Below are positions 26,041 to 38,052 of a stretch of 64,000 nt of DNA, in pieces. A model generated the notes under the pieces. That model had not been told where the DNA came from and did no database searches. It saw nothing but the letters and a program-made list of their open reading frames with translations. This DNA is from Felis catus. Its lineage: Eukaryota. The DNA is taken from positions 24,430,001-24,494,000 of the forward strand of contig NC_058369.1 in the NCBI RefSeq assembly GCF_018350175.1. Reading direction: 5' to 3'. Numbering within the stretch: the first letter of the stretch is position 1; each line of letters starts with the position of its first letter. Made by a program: the position numbers and the translations under genes.

Positions 26041-27541
26041 GACCTAAACAGCAACAAAAAGACAACCCCTAAAACAGCCTCCAGTGAGACTTTGACGTCT
26101 GCTTAGGCTGTCTATGTTTTTTGGGGGCAGGGAAAAGAGGACACCAATTACTGGTTTTGTTAGTGCTTGGGTTACAAATGTGCATAGGTATTGAACAGTC
26201 CGTATCAATCCAATTTTTCCCATAAGCCGCAATACATTTAATATTTATTTTTACAAGATGCAATTTTCAAAACTATACGTATTTGTTATATCACTTAATA
26301 ATATGTGTCACATTTATTTAGCATATATTTACCAAGTGCCTACCATGTGCCAGGCATTGTTTCTGTTTATTGAGGATATAGCAGTAAACAAAACAAATCT
26401 AAAACAAGTCCCTGCATTTCAAGAGTTCACGTAATAATATACAGATAGGTTTTTTTTTAATGGTACAGTTGGTGGAGATACTTATTATTGATATAACACC
26501 AGTTCCCCCACTGTACTATAAATTCCATGAGGTCAAGGTCCATCCTCTGTCCAGCCCCAATCACAGTGTAAAATACAAAGAAGGCACTTCCACCATTCTT
26601 AACAACTTAGAAGTCACAAGCTCCAGATTTTATGAATAAAGAAAGGTAGTTTCAGAGAAATGACAATAGCCTCCCAAGTGATATTGTTAGTATCAAACTA
26701 AATAGAATTTGGGTCTCCTGGTTCTCCTCTAGAAACATGTCCAATACAAACAATAAAAACTAAAGCTACTTGAGTATGAAACTTAGGTACTAAGTCTGAA
26801 GTGGTTTATCTTTGTCAGAGAATCATCTAAGAAGAAAAACCAAAAACTATAGTAACAAGCTAGAACATTCAAGGAAGATGAGGCAGTCCTTGCCAATTTC
26901 CCCAGAATGTTCCTAGTCTTATTATAATGCTTATTAATAACTTAAGCAGAGCACATGATATTGAGACATCTCTAATGATAAATAGAAAATGAGAATAAGC
27001 ATCATTTTAAATACTTATCATCATACTGTTGAGTCTTACATTTGTTAAATAAAATAATTTATCATATCCACCATTTGAAAGGGTGATACAGACAATTTCA
27101 AAGCCAGTAGTGTTGAATACGGCAAGACAGAATCCATAAGTCACCACACTAAAGTGGTTTAAAATTATCCAAATTATTACAGAGTAATAGGGTATGTTCC
27201 CTTAGGATCCTTGAATTCAAAGTCATTAAGGCAGGAAAAAGAAAAGACTTTATAAACTATATATGCCAAAATGAAAAAAGTCAGAAAATATTAACTTCTT
27301 TATACAACTAAAATAATTAATATTAGTGATTTTTAAGCATTTTCTTGTTAAAGTAGGAAAAGAAAAGTTAACTAAAGATTATGTCATAAAATTTAAATAG
27401 TACCAAAGGCATTCAAAGGCCTTTTGCCTCTTCTCCTAGAACCTACAAGGCATGTACTATCTCTTACATAAATTATTACAATAGTTTTTAGGCATATTTT
27501 ACCCAAGTGATGAGAACAAGATTCAAATTAAGATAACAATA

Positions 27542-29203
27542 GGGGCATCTGGTTGGCTCAGTCAGTTAAGTATCCAACTCTTTTTTTTTTTAACATGAAA
27601 TTTATTGTCAAATTGGTTTCCATACAACACCCAGTGCTCACCCGAACAGGTGCCCTCCTCAATGCCCATCACCCACTTTCCCCTTCCTCCCACCCCCCAT
27701 CAACCCTCAGTTTATTCTCAGTTTTTAAGAGTCTCTTATGGTTTGGCTCCCTCCCTCTCTGTAGCTTAATTCTTTTTCCCTTTCCCCTCCCCCATGGTCT
27801 TCTGTTAAGTTTCTCAGGATCCACATATGAGTGAAAACATATGGTATCTGTCTTTCTCTGTATGGCTTATTTCACTTAGCATCACACTCTCCAGTTCCAT
27901 CCACATTGCTACAAAAGGCCACATTTCATTCTTTCTCATTGCCATGTAGTATTCCATTGTGTATATAAACCACAATTTCTTTATCCATTCATCAGTGGAT
28001 GGATATTTAGGCTCTTTCCATAATTTGGCTATTGTTGAAAGTGCTGCTATAAACATTGGGGTACAAGTGCCCCTATGCATCAGCACTCCTGTATCCCTTC
28101 GGTAAATTCCTAGCAGTGCTACTGCTGGGTCATAGGGTAGGTCTATTTTTAATTTTTTGAGGAACCTCCACACTGTTTTCTAGAGTGGCTGCACCAGTTT
28201 GCATTCCCACCAACAGTGCAAGAGGGTTCCCGTTTCTCCATATCCTCTCCAGCATCTATAGTCTTCTTGATTTATTCATTTTAGCCACCCTGACCGGTGT
28301 GAGGTGGTATCTGAGTGTGGTTTTGATTTGTATTTCCCTGATGAGGAGTGACATTGAGCATCTTTTCATGTGCCTGTTGGCCATCTGGATGTCTTCTTTA
28401 GAGAAGTGTCTATTCATGTCTTCTGCCCATTTCTTCACTGGGTTATTTGTTTTTCGGGTGTGGAGTTTGGTGAGCTCTTTATAGATTTTGGATACTAGCC
28501 CTCTGTCCGATATGTCATTTGCAAATATCTTTTCCCATTCCATCCGTTGCCTTTTAGTTTTGTTGATTGTTTCCTTTGCAGTGCAGAAGGTTTTTATCTT
28601 CATGAGGTCCCAATCGTTCATTTTTGCTTTTAATTCCCTTGCCTTTGGAGATGTGTCAAGTAAGAAGTTGCTGCGGCTGAGGTCAGAGAGGTTTTTTCCT
28701 GCTTTCTCCTCTAGGGTTTTGATGGTTTCCTGTCTCACATTCAGGTCCTTTATCCATTTTGTGTTTATTTTTGTGAATGGTGTAAGAAAGTGGTCTAGTT
28801 TCATTCTTCTGCATGTTGCTGCCCAGCTCTCCCAGCACCATTTGTTAAAGAGACTGTCTTTTTTCCACTGGATATTCTTTCCCACTTTGTCAAAGATTAG
28901 TTGGCCATACTTTTGCGGGTCTAATACTGGGGTTTCTATTCTATTCCATTGGTCTACGTGTCTGTTTTTGTGTCAATACCATGCTGTCTTGATGATTACA
29001 GCTTTGTAGTAGAGGCTAAAGTCTGGGATTGTGAAAGCATCCAACTCTTGATTTCAGCTTAGGTCACAATCTCACAGTTCATGAGATCCAGCCCAGCATC
29101 AGGCTCTGCACTAACAGTGAGGAGCCTGCTTGGGACTCTCTTTCTCCCTCTCTTTATGCCTCCCTCGTCTCTCTTATTCTCAAAAATAAATAAACTTTTA
29201 AAA
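27542..29203 (+). mobile_element. Can-SINE, SINEC_Fc3 type, split in two (27542-27582 and 29035-29203) by an L1
   Basis: The two halves rejoin in register; SINE TSD aaa(t/c)taagataacaa at 27525-27539 / 29204-29218. Confidence 0.93.
27583..29034 (-). mobile_element. 5'-truncated felid L1 (1.45 kb), disrupted ORF2 C-terminus plus 3'UTR
   Basis: ORFs 28256-28885 and 27814-28173 translate to the L1 ORF2p C-terminus ([23 protein letters not shown]). Premature stop in WY*HK and a frameshift near 28260. TSD aag(t/c)atccaactctt at 27568-27582 / 29035-29049. Confidence 0.97.
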
Positions 29204-29269
29204 AAACTAAGATAACAACATATGTCGGGTTTGCCCTTTCAAACCACCGAGACATGTGTTTTGTTTATC

Positions 29270-29410
29270 TTCTTTAATCCTCACAACAACCTTAAGAGGT
29301 AGGAATTATTACTACTCCCATTTTACAGATGTAGAAACTGAGACTTAGGCATCCTTAAGTTACTTGGAATTCAAATCAGGACAGTCTGATTTCAGGGCAC
29401 ACACCATTAA
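29270..29410 (-). mobile_element. MIR
   Basis: tttaatcctcacaacaaccttaagaggtagg...cccattttacagatgtagaaactgag. Confidence 0.8.
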
Positions 29411-29511
29411 GCATCTTCTATATACATATACTCTGAATTCAAATTAAGCTCTCTAAAGCATGGTACACCACTAACTTGAATGACTCTCTCTATATTAAAA
29501 AAAATTATCTT

Positions 29512-29734
29512 GGGGCGCCTGGGTGGCTCACTTGGTTAAGCGTCCGACTTTGGCTCAGGTCATAATCTCGCGGTCCGTGGGTTCGAGCCACACGTCGGGC
29601 TCTGTGCTGACAGCTCAGAGCCTGGAGCCTGTTTCAGATTCTGTGTCTCCCTCTCTCTCTGACCCTCCTCCTGTTCATGCTCTGTCTCTCTCTGTCTCAA
29701 AAATAAATAAATGTTAAAAAAAAATTTTTTAAAG
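29512..29734 (+). mobile_element. Can-SINE, SINEC_Fc2 type
   Basis: TSD aaaaaattatctt at 29499-29511 / 29735-29747. Confidence 0.95.
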
Positions 29735-30660
29735 AAAAAATTATCTTATTAAGTCTTCAAAACCCTTCCTGCCCTGTCCCCATACCTATCTTTTAAGACC
29801 CTTCTCTCACACTTCAATCACTGAACTGAACAATCTTTCTTTAACATACAACAGACTTTTCAAGACCTTCACCTGTGTGCACACTGTTCTCTTAGGAACG
29901 CCCCACCAATTCATCTGACCTAGTCAAAAACCACATGATAGTCTATGACAAAAGTGTACACAATGCATTATCAATTAAAGAGGTTGAGCTTGAGGCAATT
30001 ATGCAGGGGTTACAGTTATGACACATTTATCTGCATTAGACATATTTCTCTTTTTTGAGCCACAGAGAACAAGGTCAGGCCTGACAGGCTGAATTTTAGC
30101 AGTCAATCACTACCATTAGCTGTTCTCTTCAAGAACAGTATTATTCGAATTGTCAACAGTGACCTCAGCAACAGATATATGGCCTCATTACTGTACATCA
30201 GACCATTTCCCTCAGAGAACGCTTAAATAAGAAAGGGAAATCATCCTAAATTATCTCTTCACTCTAAAAATACCCTTTGGCTGTACGAAATAAGCATTAT
30301 ACAATTTACCCTAGAAAAAAACTTCTTTATAGAATGTAAGAGTTAGATACATTCCATAATTATAAACCAAGACAACCAAAATAAGAAACAAAAATTCTCT
30401 CTGACCTAGATACATGAGATTAAAAAGACTAGTCTTGGGATCATTTTCCAAACCAAGCAGGATCTCTCTCAGGGGGCTTTCTCCTAACAATCAAGAATTT
30501 CTCTCCTTTTATCTTTCAGGAAACATCCTCCCATGCTCCAATGACCTCCATTCCAGAGAAGCCATGTGCAATTGCCAGCTCTATCGATCCCTGGGATTTC
30601 ACCCTTGTGTAAAAAGTCACAATCCCAATGGGGCACAAGCAGAGATAAACTGTTCAATCA

Positions 30661-31304
30661 CTGTATATTCTTTTCTCCTTTGTCACAGATTAATTGACCA
30701 TATACATGTAGGTTAATTTCTGGACTCTCTTTTCTATTTCATTGATATATATGTCTATTTTTGTGCCAGTACCATACTGTTTTGATTACTACAGCTTTGT
30801 AGTATGTCTTGAAACCTGAGATTGTGATACTTCCAGCTCTGTTTTTCTTTCTCAGGACTGCTTGGTCTCTTTGAAGTCTTTTGTGGCTCCATACAAATTT
30901 TACTATTAGTTGGTCTAATTCTGTGAAAAAAACGCTGTTAGTATTTTGATAGGGATTGCACTGAATGTGTAGATTGTTTTGGTAGTATAGACATTTTAAC
31001 AATATTAATTCTTCCAATCCATAAGCATGGAATATCTTTCCATTTGTTTGTGTCATCTTTGACTTTTTTCATCAGTGTTTTATAGTTTTTACAGTACAGG
31101 TCTTTCACCTCCTTGGCTAAATTTATTCCTCGGTGTTTTATTCTTTTTGGTGGAATAGTAAACAGAATTGTTTTCTTAATTTCTCTTTCTTCTACTTTGT
31201 TATTGGTGTATAGAAACACTACAGATTTCTAGGTACCAATTTTGTATTCTATAACTTTACTGAATTCATTTATTACTTCTAGTATTTTTTTGATGGAGTC
31301 TTTA
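30661..31304 (-). mobile_element. L1 ORF2 internal fragment (probable inverted 5' part of a twin-primed insertion)
   Basis: ORFs 30938-31219 and 30739-31056 give frameshifted ORF2p motifs ([47 protein letters not shown]). Confidence 0.92.
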
Positions 31305-31463
31305 AGTATAGCTAACGATAGTGTCATAGCATTTTATAATAAGAGATGGTAACTACATTTGTGGGGAGCACTGCATAATGTTTAGAGATGTTGAATCACT
31401 ATGTTGTACACCTGAAACTAACGTAATATTGTATGTCATCTACACTCAAATAAAACATTTTTT
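31305..31463 (+). mobile_element. Carnivore L1 3' terminus
   Basis: gatggtaactaca...gaatcactatgttgtacacctgaaactaa...tcaaataaaa. Confidence 0.88.
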
Positions 31464-31849
31464 AAAGTACTCAGTCAGCAACCCAAAGAGAAACTGAAAG
31501 TAAAATGGCCAGGACCCTGACTCAGCCTTGCTATCCTTTATCACACATTGCAAGGAGGGCTCCTACCCATCAGTAGTGAGCAGTGACTGCAACCAACATT
31601 TACAATGGACATGGAGGGCAGATACTTGTGAAATCAGAATGGTGAGGAGACATTCAGGAGTAAAATTTACCTGGCAGAATAAAACTGAGATTCGTTGATG
31701 AGATTGCAAAGAAAAGGAAGGAAGAAACATGCTGCCTGACAATGAGAGAAGGTACTCCAAAGACACACCAAAATGGGGTAATTCCTCATGGTTGTGAACA
31801 TTGCTTCTCTAAATTGCAGTGTTTACAGGCCTTACTTTGGTAATAGTCT

Positions 31850-32030
31850 TCAGTTTGAAACCCGGTTTACCAGCTCTGTGGCCTTGGGAAACTTACTTAC
31901 TGTCCTTGACCTTCAATTGTCTCATCTAGAACATAAAAATAGCACCTCTTCCAAGGATCTGGGGATTGAAAGAACACTTAGAAATGCAGACAGCACGGTG
32001 CCTGCCACAGAGCAAATGCCAACAAATTAT
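31850..32030 (+). mobile_element. MIR
   Basis: gctctgtggccttgggaaacttactta...ctcatcta...agcacggtgcctgccacagag. Confidence 0.7.
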
Positions 32031-32126
32031 AGCTGCTGCTGCTGCTGCTATTATCGTTTGATTTTGATTATCTGAAGGCATTAAAACAAAGACTTGTCTG
32101 TTAAAGAACAGTTAACATTTAAAAAA

Positions 32127-32336
32127 CTGTGCTGCCAACACAACATTTTGTGATGAAAGAAATGTTCTATAGTTGGGCTGTCCAATGTGGTAGTTACTAG
32201 CCACATGTGGCTATTGACCACTTGAAATATGGCCAGTCCAATGGAGGAACTGGATTTTTAATTTTACCTAACTTTAATTAATTTAAATGTAAACAGCTAC
32301 ATGTGGCCAGTGGCTACTATATTGGATAGCATGAGT
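32127..32336. mobile_element. MER3-like hAT-Charlie MITE
   Basis: Internal inverted repeats: gctgtccaatgtggtagttactagccacatgtggcta ... gctacatgtggccagtggctactatattggatagc. Confidence 0.85.
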
Positions 32337-32730
32337 TTAGAATAACTAAAATACCACTCTGAAGAGACAATGACCTAGCCCTCTGGCTCTAAAATCCCAG
32401 CTCATAGACCAGTACCAATCTGCTATCAAATTTTCACTTGTCTACAGCAAAACAAACCAGAAAAGTTCAAGTCTATGAATTTTTCATGAAGCTAAATCCA
32501 TTCCATCTAAAGAACCATTGCTCCTTTTGAAACTGATTATTCAATCCAAAATTTTTATGAAATTTAGTCATTCATTCAAAAAATGTCTATTATAAGTCCT
32601 CTCTATATGTCAGACATTATTCTGGAGATAAGAGAGTTAAAAAAAAATTATCCTGCTTCATGAAGCTTATATTCTAGAGAAGGGAGAAAGATAATAAACA
32701 CACACATATGTACATACATACATACACATA

Positions 32731-32763
<33 letters not shown>

Positions 32764-33013
32764 CTACAAAGAAAAAGATAATAGAAAGTAGGGCAGGGGG
32801 AGAAAAAGGGTCAGGGAAGCCCTTTCACATACTGTGCCATTTGAGCAACTATCTGAAGGAGGTGATGGAGCTAGCCATGGACTGAAGAAAGAGCACTCTA
32901 TGTATAAGACAAAGCAAGGACAAAGACCAGGAAGCAAAAACAAATCTGACATAACCAAGAGAGAATTCAGTGTGGCTGAAGCAGGTAGGTAAGTTATAGA
33001 AGATATGGTTAGA

Positions 33014-33191
33014 GGGGTGCCTGAGTGTCCAACTCTTGATTTTAGCTCAGGCCATGGTCTCACAATTTGTGATATCCAGCCTCTCACTGGACTCTGCACT
33101 GACAGCGTGGCGCTTACTTGGGATTCTCTTTCTCCCTCTCTCTCTCTGTCTCTCTCTGTCCTTCTCAAAATAAATAAACTAAAAAAAAAAA
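33014..33191 (+). mobile_element. Can-SINE, SINEC_Fc3 type, lacking the Pol III A box
   Basis: ggggtgcctg joins directly to agtgtccaactcttg; degenerate TSD aagatatggttaga / aagataagagttaga. Confidence 0.9.
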
Positions 33192-33230
33192 AAAGATAAG
33201 AGTTAGAGCATTTATCAGAACCCGTTCACA

Positions 33231-33443
33231 GGGCACCTGGGTGGCTTAGTTGGTTGAGCATCTGAATTTGGCTCAGTTCATGATCTCGTGGTTCGTGGGT
33301 TCGAGCCCTACGTCGGGTTCTGTGCTGATAGCTCAGAGCATGAAGCCTGCTACAGATTCTGTGTCCCCCTCTTTCTCTGCCCCTCCCCTGTTCACGCTAT
33401 CTGTGTCTCTCAATAAACAAACATTAAAAAAAAAATTTTTTTT
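33231..33443 (+). mobile_element. Can-SINE, SINEC_Fc2 type
   Basis: TSD aacccgttcaca at 33219-33230 vs aacagttcaca at 33444-33454. Confidence 0.93.
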
Positions 33444-33496
33444 AACAGTTCACATAGGGTCTAGTAGGCCACTGTGAGGACTTCAGCTTTTTATCT

Positions 33497-33993
33497 TTTA
33501 GATAAAATTTTAATTTTGGAATAATTTTAGATTTGCAGAATAGTTATAAAAATAGTTCAGAAACTAATCTCTCAGCAGTTTCCCCAAATGTTAAACATCT
33601 TACACAACTGTGGTATACTTGTCAAAACTTGTAGCATCCATACAGTAGTATTCATTAAATTCTAGACTTTCCTCATAATCACCAGTTTTCCTACTGATAT
33701 CTTTTTTCCATTCCAAGATCCCTTCCAGGATCCCACATTGCATGTAGACATGAGTTTTTAGTCTCTTCCACTCTGTGACAGTTTCTCAGTCCTTCCTTGC
33801 TCCTCATGCCCTTGCACTTTTAAAGAATACTGATCAGGTATTTCGTAGATTGTCCCTCATTATGGATTTCTCTGATATTTTCCTCATGTTTAGCTTAGGG
33901 TTATGAGTTTGGGGAAGAATACCACAGAGGTGGGGTGTCCTTGTCATCACATCCTATCAGATGACAATATGATATCCACATGATTTATTACCA
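33497..33993 (-). mobile_element. L1MC-like 3' end inserted in L2
   Basis: ttccaggatcccacattgca...gtttctcagtccttccttg...ggggaagaataccacagaggtg. Old TSD: gtgaggacttcagctttttatct vs gtgaaggactctggcttttattct. Confidence 0.75.
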
Positions 33994-35585
33994 GTGAAGG
34001 ACTCTGGCTTTTATTCTGAATGATATGGGAGCCATGGGAGAGTTCTGAGCAGAGGAGGGACATGTCCTCACTTTTAAAAGGATCATTCTGCAGCTGTGTG
34101 GAGAACAGGCTGTAGGAGGCAAGAAGCACGGACACCAATCAGGAGGCTATTAAATTAGATTCAGGCGAAAGACAATCACAGTGGTTTAGGTGAGGAGAGT
34201 GGCAAATGAGGTGGTAAGAAGGGGATGCATCCCAGATATATGCTGAAAGTAGAACCAACAAGATTTGCTCATGAACTGGATGTGAGAGAAAGTGAAGCCA
34301 AAAGATAAAGGCAAAATTTCTGTCCTGCACCTTAGATGGTAAATACTGAAAGAAGATCGAGGGAATGGAGGGAATTAAGAATCTAGGTTGGATTCATTGC
34401 ATTTATAATGCCTATTAGGCATATAAGCAGAAAGGCAGAGAAGTGATTGAACAGATGATTCTAGAATTCAAAGGTGAGGTTGAGGTCAAAGATATAAATT
34501 TTAAAATCATCAATAAACAGATGGTATATAAAGCCACAAACTGGATGAGATCACCCAGGGATGGAGTTCTGAGAAAAGAGAAAAAATCTGAGGTTGAAAA
34601 TGATAAAGGTGACTGATGATAGCTGTGATTTTTTTTTTTTTTTTGCTCAATTTCCTAAACTGGAAAAGTTAAAAGCTGGCAACCCTACAGCCATCATCAA
34701 AGGTTTGGTGGTATACATATAAGTAAATATATATGTGTTTCCTTGTTTTAACGGATCTAGTTTTTTACTCTAAAGTTCTGAGAATCTAAGTCTAAATAAT
34801 ATCTCCAGCTCCCTTTGCTATCCTTAGTAGTTTTTCAAAGGTTTTTCTGGAAAGCAGCCTTTTCTTGGACTGGAAGTTTATACTCTGGAGAGGAGGGAGG
34901 AGGGATGATTTTAAGGAGTTCCAAAGTATGGATTCTCTGACAGCAAAGAGGTCCACAGAGCAGTAATTATGTTTTGCTGTCTCATGGCCCAGTGACACTG
35001 GTGAGGCAGTACATGTGGTGGTTCAGAGCAGAGACTTCAGAAGGAGTGTGGGTGTGCCTCAGCTCAGCCACTTGTTAGCTACAAAACCCTGAATGAGTGG
35101 CTCCCCTACCTAAGCCTCTGCTTGCTTCTCAACACAACGTATTCTTCTTCTAATTCACTGAAGCCCTATGCATGGTGCCATGTCCAAGATTCTTGGCCAG
35201 CTGCAATTTTAGTGCAATGCTGTCCAACATAGAACAAAACTAAATCATCCTACAAGCAAATCTCTTTCAATTAGGGAAGGAGGTGTGAGAGAACTATTTA
35301 ATGTCACAAGCAACCGCTTATAATAATCTGTTCAAATGCCTACATCTCTACCAGCTGCCTTCCTAACAAAGAATAAAATCTTCCTTTCAGATATAGCATT
35401 GAGATTTGCAATTGCCAGATTCAATAAAAATAAATAAAAGAACAAATTCCCATGATGATGATCCTCTTAGAGGAAGCTCAGAAAAGGAGCTAAAGAGAAA
35501 ACCAAGGTTTATTCCAGGTCTTATGTTTCAAGTACATACAGGAGGCAGGGCAATTTCAAAGATTTCCCCCCCATATCTTCTTAAG

Positions 35586-35773
35586 CAGTGGCTATCAAGC
35601 TTTAGTGTAAATCAGAATCACCTGGAGAACTTGTTAAACCATACACTGCTGAGCCCTACCTCAGAGTTTCTGATTCAGTAGGTCTGGAGTGGGTCCTGAA
35701 ACTTTGGGTTTCTAACAAATTCCCAAGTGATGCTGACGCTGCTTGTCTGAGGACCACACTTTGACAACCACTG
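35586..35773. mobile_element. MER5A hAT-Charlie MITE
   Basis: TIRs cagtggctatcaa / ttgacaaccactg; internal atcagaatcacctggag...tctgattcagtaggtctgg. Confidence 0.9.
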
Positions 35774-37842
35774 CCCTAAAGACCGCCTGTTATGTCAAAG
35801 CCATAGCTGAGAAGATTTGTGTGTGCACTAATCTCTTTTATTTACTTCCAGCAGGGTAATGATTGATAGCCAATGGTGCCTGTAAGATTTTAGCATATGA
35901 TTTGCAAATCCAGCCCTAGATATTTACTGTGTGAATCATTTTCCAACTATCCAGAACTTCCAGGAATTTATGGACACCAAACCACACACTTCTGAAAGCC
36001 TTCCCTAAAAGGAAAGCTTAAGAGAAGCCCAGAGGATGTGAAGTAAAGACATTCAAAAATAAATTCAACAATTACTTCACAGAAGCACTATCAAATTTTG
36101 ACATAACCAAAGGCCATATGACATATACTAGAAATTGACCACACAGCAAAATCTAAGCAATTCAGAAAAGAGTAAGATGGCGCAGCCAAACTGTGGACAT
36201 TTTTAAAAAAATAAATCTTGGTACTTCTTTTAAAAACTATACCACAATTAAGGACTAACAGGAAAAAGGAGGAAACTTCAGTTTAAATTGTTCCACATTA
36301 TAAAATACAAATACAAATTCATAATTATGTCACCTACTCAAAAAAACTTACATTCATAATTCAAGGAATTAAATATTTATTGAAAGTATACTCTGGGCAA
36401 GGCACAACTGGAATGAAATATATCCCTCCTTGACTCAGGGATGTCCATGGCATGAGCTGATACATGTCATAGCAGAAAAACAAACACTGTACTGAACACA
36501 GAGGGAAAACAGACCATTACAATGGGGAAATTCGTTCTGAGATGGACCTGTAAAAATGGAAGGGCATCCCAGGTTAGAGAATAGTAAACACCAAGTTCTA
36601 GAAGCAGAAATAGCTCAAGGAATATTGGGAAAAGTCTGTAAAATGTGTCAAAATTGGAAAATGCCCTTGGGATTATAGTGAATGGTGAGCCTATTAAAGT
36701 AGGTGAGGGACATGACCGTGTGAGACCCCCAAAGGTAGCCTGTAAGAATTTGGCCTTTGCATCATATTTAACCAAGCAGTAAATGAATAAAACTTTATCC
36801 TATAAAGGAACCAGAACATCATTGTCAGAATGCAAAATGTAAACATAAATATAGTAATACCAGATATCAAGTATGAAAACTTTCTTCCTGAGGTTCACAC
36901 AAAATGGTAGAACAGGTAGCAACAGAAATTACATGTTTGTTGGCAAATATTCTTACTCCTTCCCCATAATCAGGTACTAGGCGGGAGTCGGGGAAGGATC
37001 TCTAGGTGAGGCTGTATGGGCTGCCTATGGGAAATCACTGCCAGAAACCAGCAAACTGCTCAACATTCTCCAATATTAGTAGGAAAGGCAATGAAAACTT
37101 AAAACATAGGCTTAAGAAATCACAGCTTCAACCCAGACAAACCAGGATGTCGAGTTCCATGGCATATACCTTTGTTGCCACCTGTGTGGCCTGATTGCAT
37201 GTGGCATGTCTTCAGAGGTGAGACCCATGGATTCTGTGGCAATAGGATGAAGGAAATAGGTGAGGTGGTATGAAACAACTGAACCTGTTTGAAATTATTT
37301 ATATATAAGGTTTAGTCTAGTATCAAATAAACATAAAGGGCCAAGGAAAAAATAAAGTATATTCTAATGAGGTTCTCAAGGAGTCATCTTCATGGCTGCC
37401 ACACGGTCCAGGCTACCATGCTCTCGCTCACCTTAAGCCTACAATAACCTCCTAGTGCCCAGTTTGCTTGGGTCAGCCCTAGTTAATGTTGTCCCAGCAA
37501 GTATTGACAGCACTTCCTCTCAAGTAATAGTAATACTTGCCATGGAGCAGTCACAGAAGTCACAAAATGGCCACACACAAATAAAATCTGACCAAGAATT
37601 TTAGATAGTTGCCAACATTTTTTTAAATAAGGAAATTTCACAATAAAATTTTCTCTTATGAATAGGATTTTCTCTTATGCTTCTTAAAAATTAGTTAGAA
37701 CTGAGCAACAATGGTCCTTTTTTGATAAGGCACATGGTTTCTGGTTTTCCACAGTCCTCAGTATTCCTTTCTGTATCTTTGACACTGAGCCCAAATTCAA
37801 CTCACTGATCATATTTATGCTGCTCATTTTTCTATAGACCTG

Positions 37843-38052
37843 CCTGTGCTAGTCTATTATAGTAGCCACCAGCCACATGTAATTATTTAAATTTTCATTT
37901 TAATTAACTAAAAACTAAATAAAAACTAAAAGTCCAGGTCTTCAGTTGCACTAGCCACTGTACTCAAAAGCTACATGTGGCTAGTAGCTACCATAATAAA
38001 CCAGGCAGATACAGATGCTCCCATCATCACAGAAGATTCTACTATCAACAGT
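37843..38052. mobile_element. MER3/MER33-like hAT-Charlie MITE
   Basis: gtagccaccagccacatgt...gctacatgtggctagtagctacc...ccatcatcacagaa; opposite orientation to the 32127 copy. Confidence 0.8.

Larger units (their letters stand above)
32568..34580 (-). mobile_element. Long LINE-2, interrupted by two Can-SINEs and an old L1
   Basis: L2 3' end (tcattcattcaaaaaatgtctatt) followed by collinear L2 body motifs (gggagccatgggagagttctgagcagagga; tggatgagatcacccaggg). Confidence 0.8.

Noticed and set aside
26170..26285. Segment with a few CpGs resembling a Tigger-type fragment
   Set aside because: No TIRs or TSD identifiable; too weak to call
27814..29009. 209-aa and 119-aa ORFs, plus antisense 173-aa and 99-aa ORFs
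   Set aside because: Broken L1 ORF2 C-terminus and its antisense shadow; no ORF1, endonuclease or RT core, so not an active element or host gene
30499..30610. Strong + strand acceptor ttctctccttttatctttcag
   Set aside because: No good donor downstream before the L1, and no recognisable peptide
35451..35640. ATGATGA C-box-like motif suggesting a C/D snoRNA
   Set aside because: No CTGA D box at a suitable distance and no terminal stem; the next CTGA lies inside MER5A
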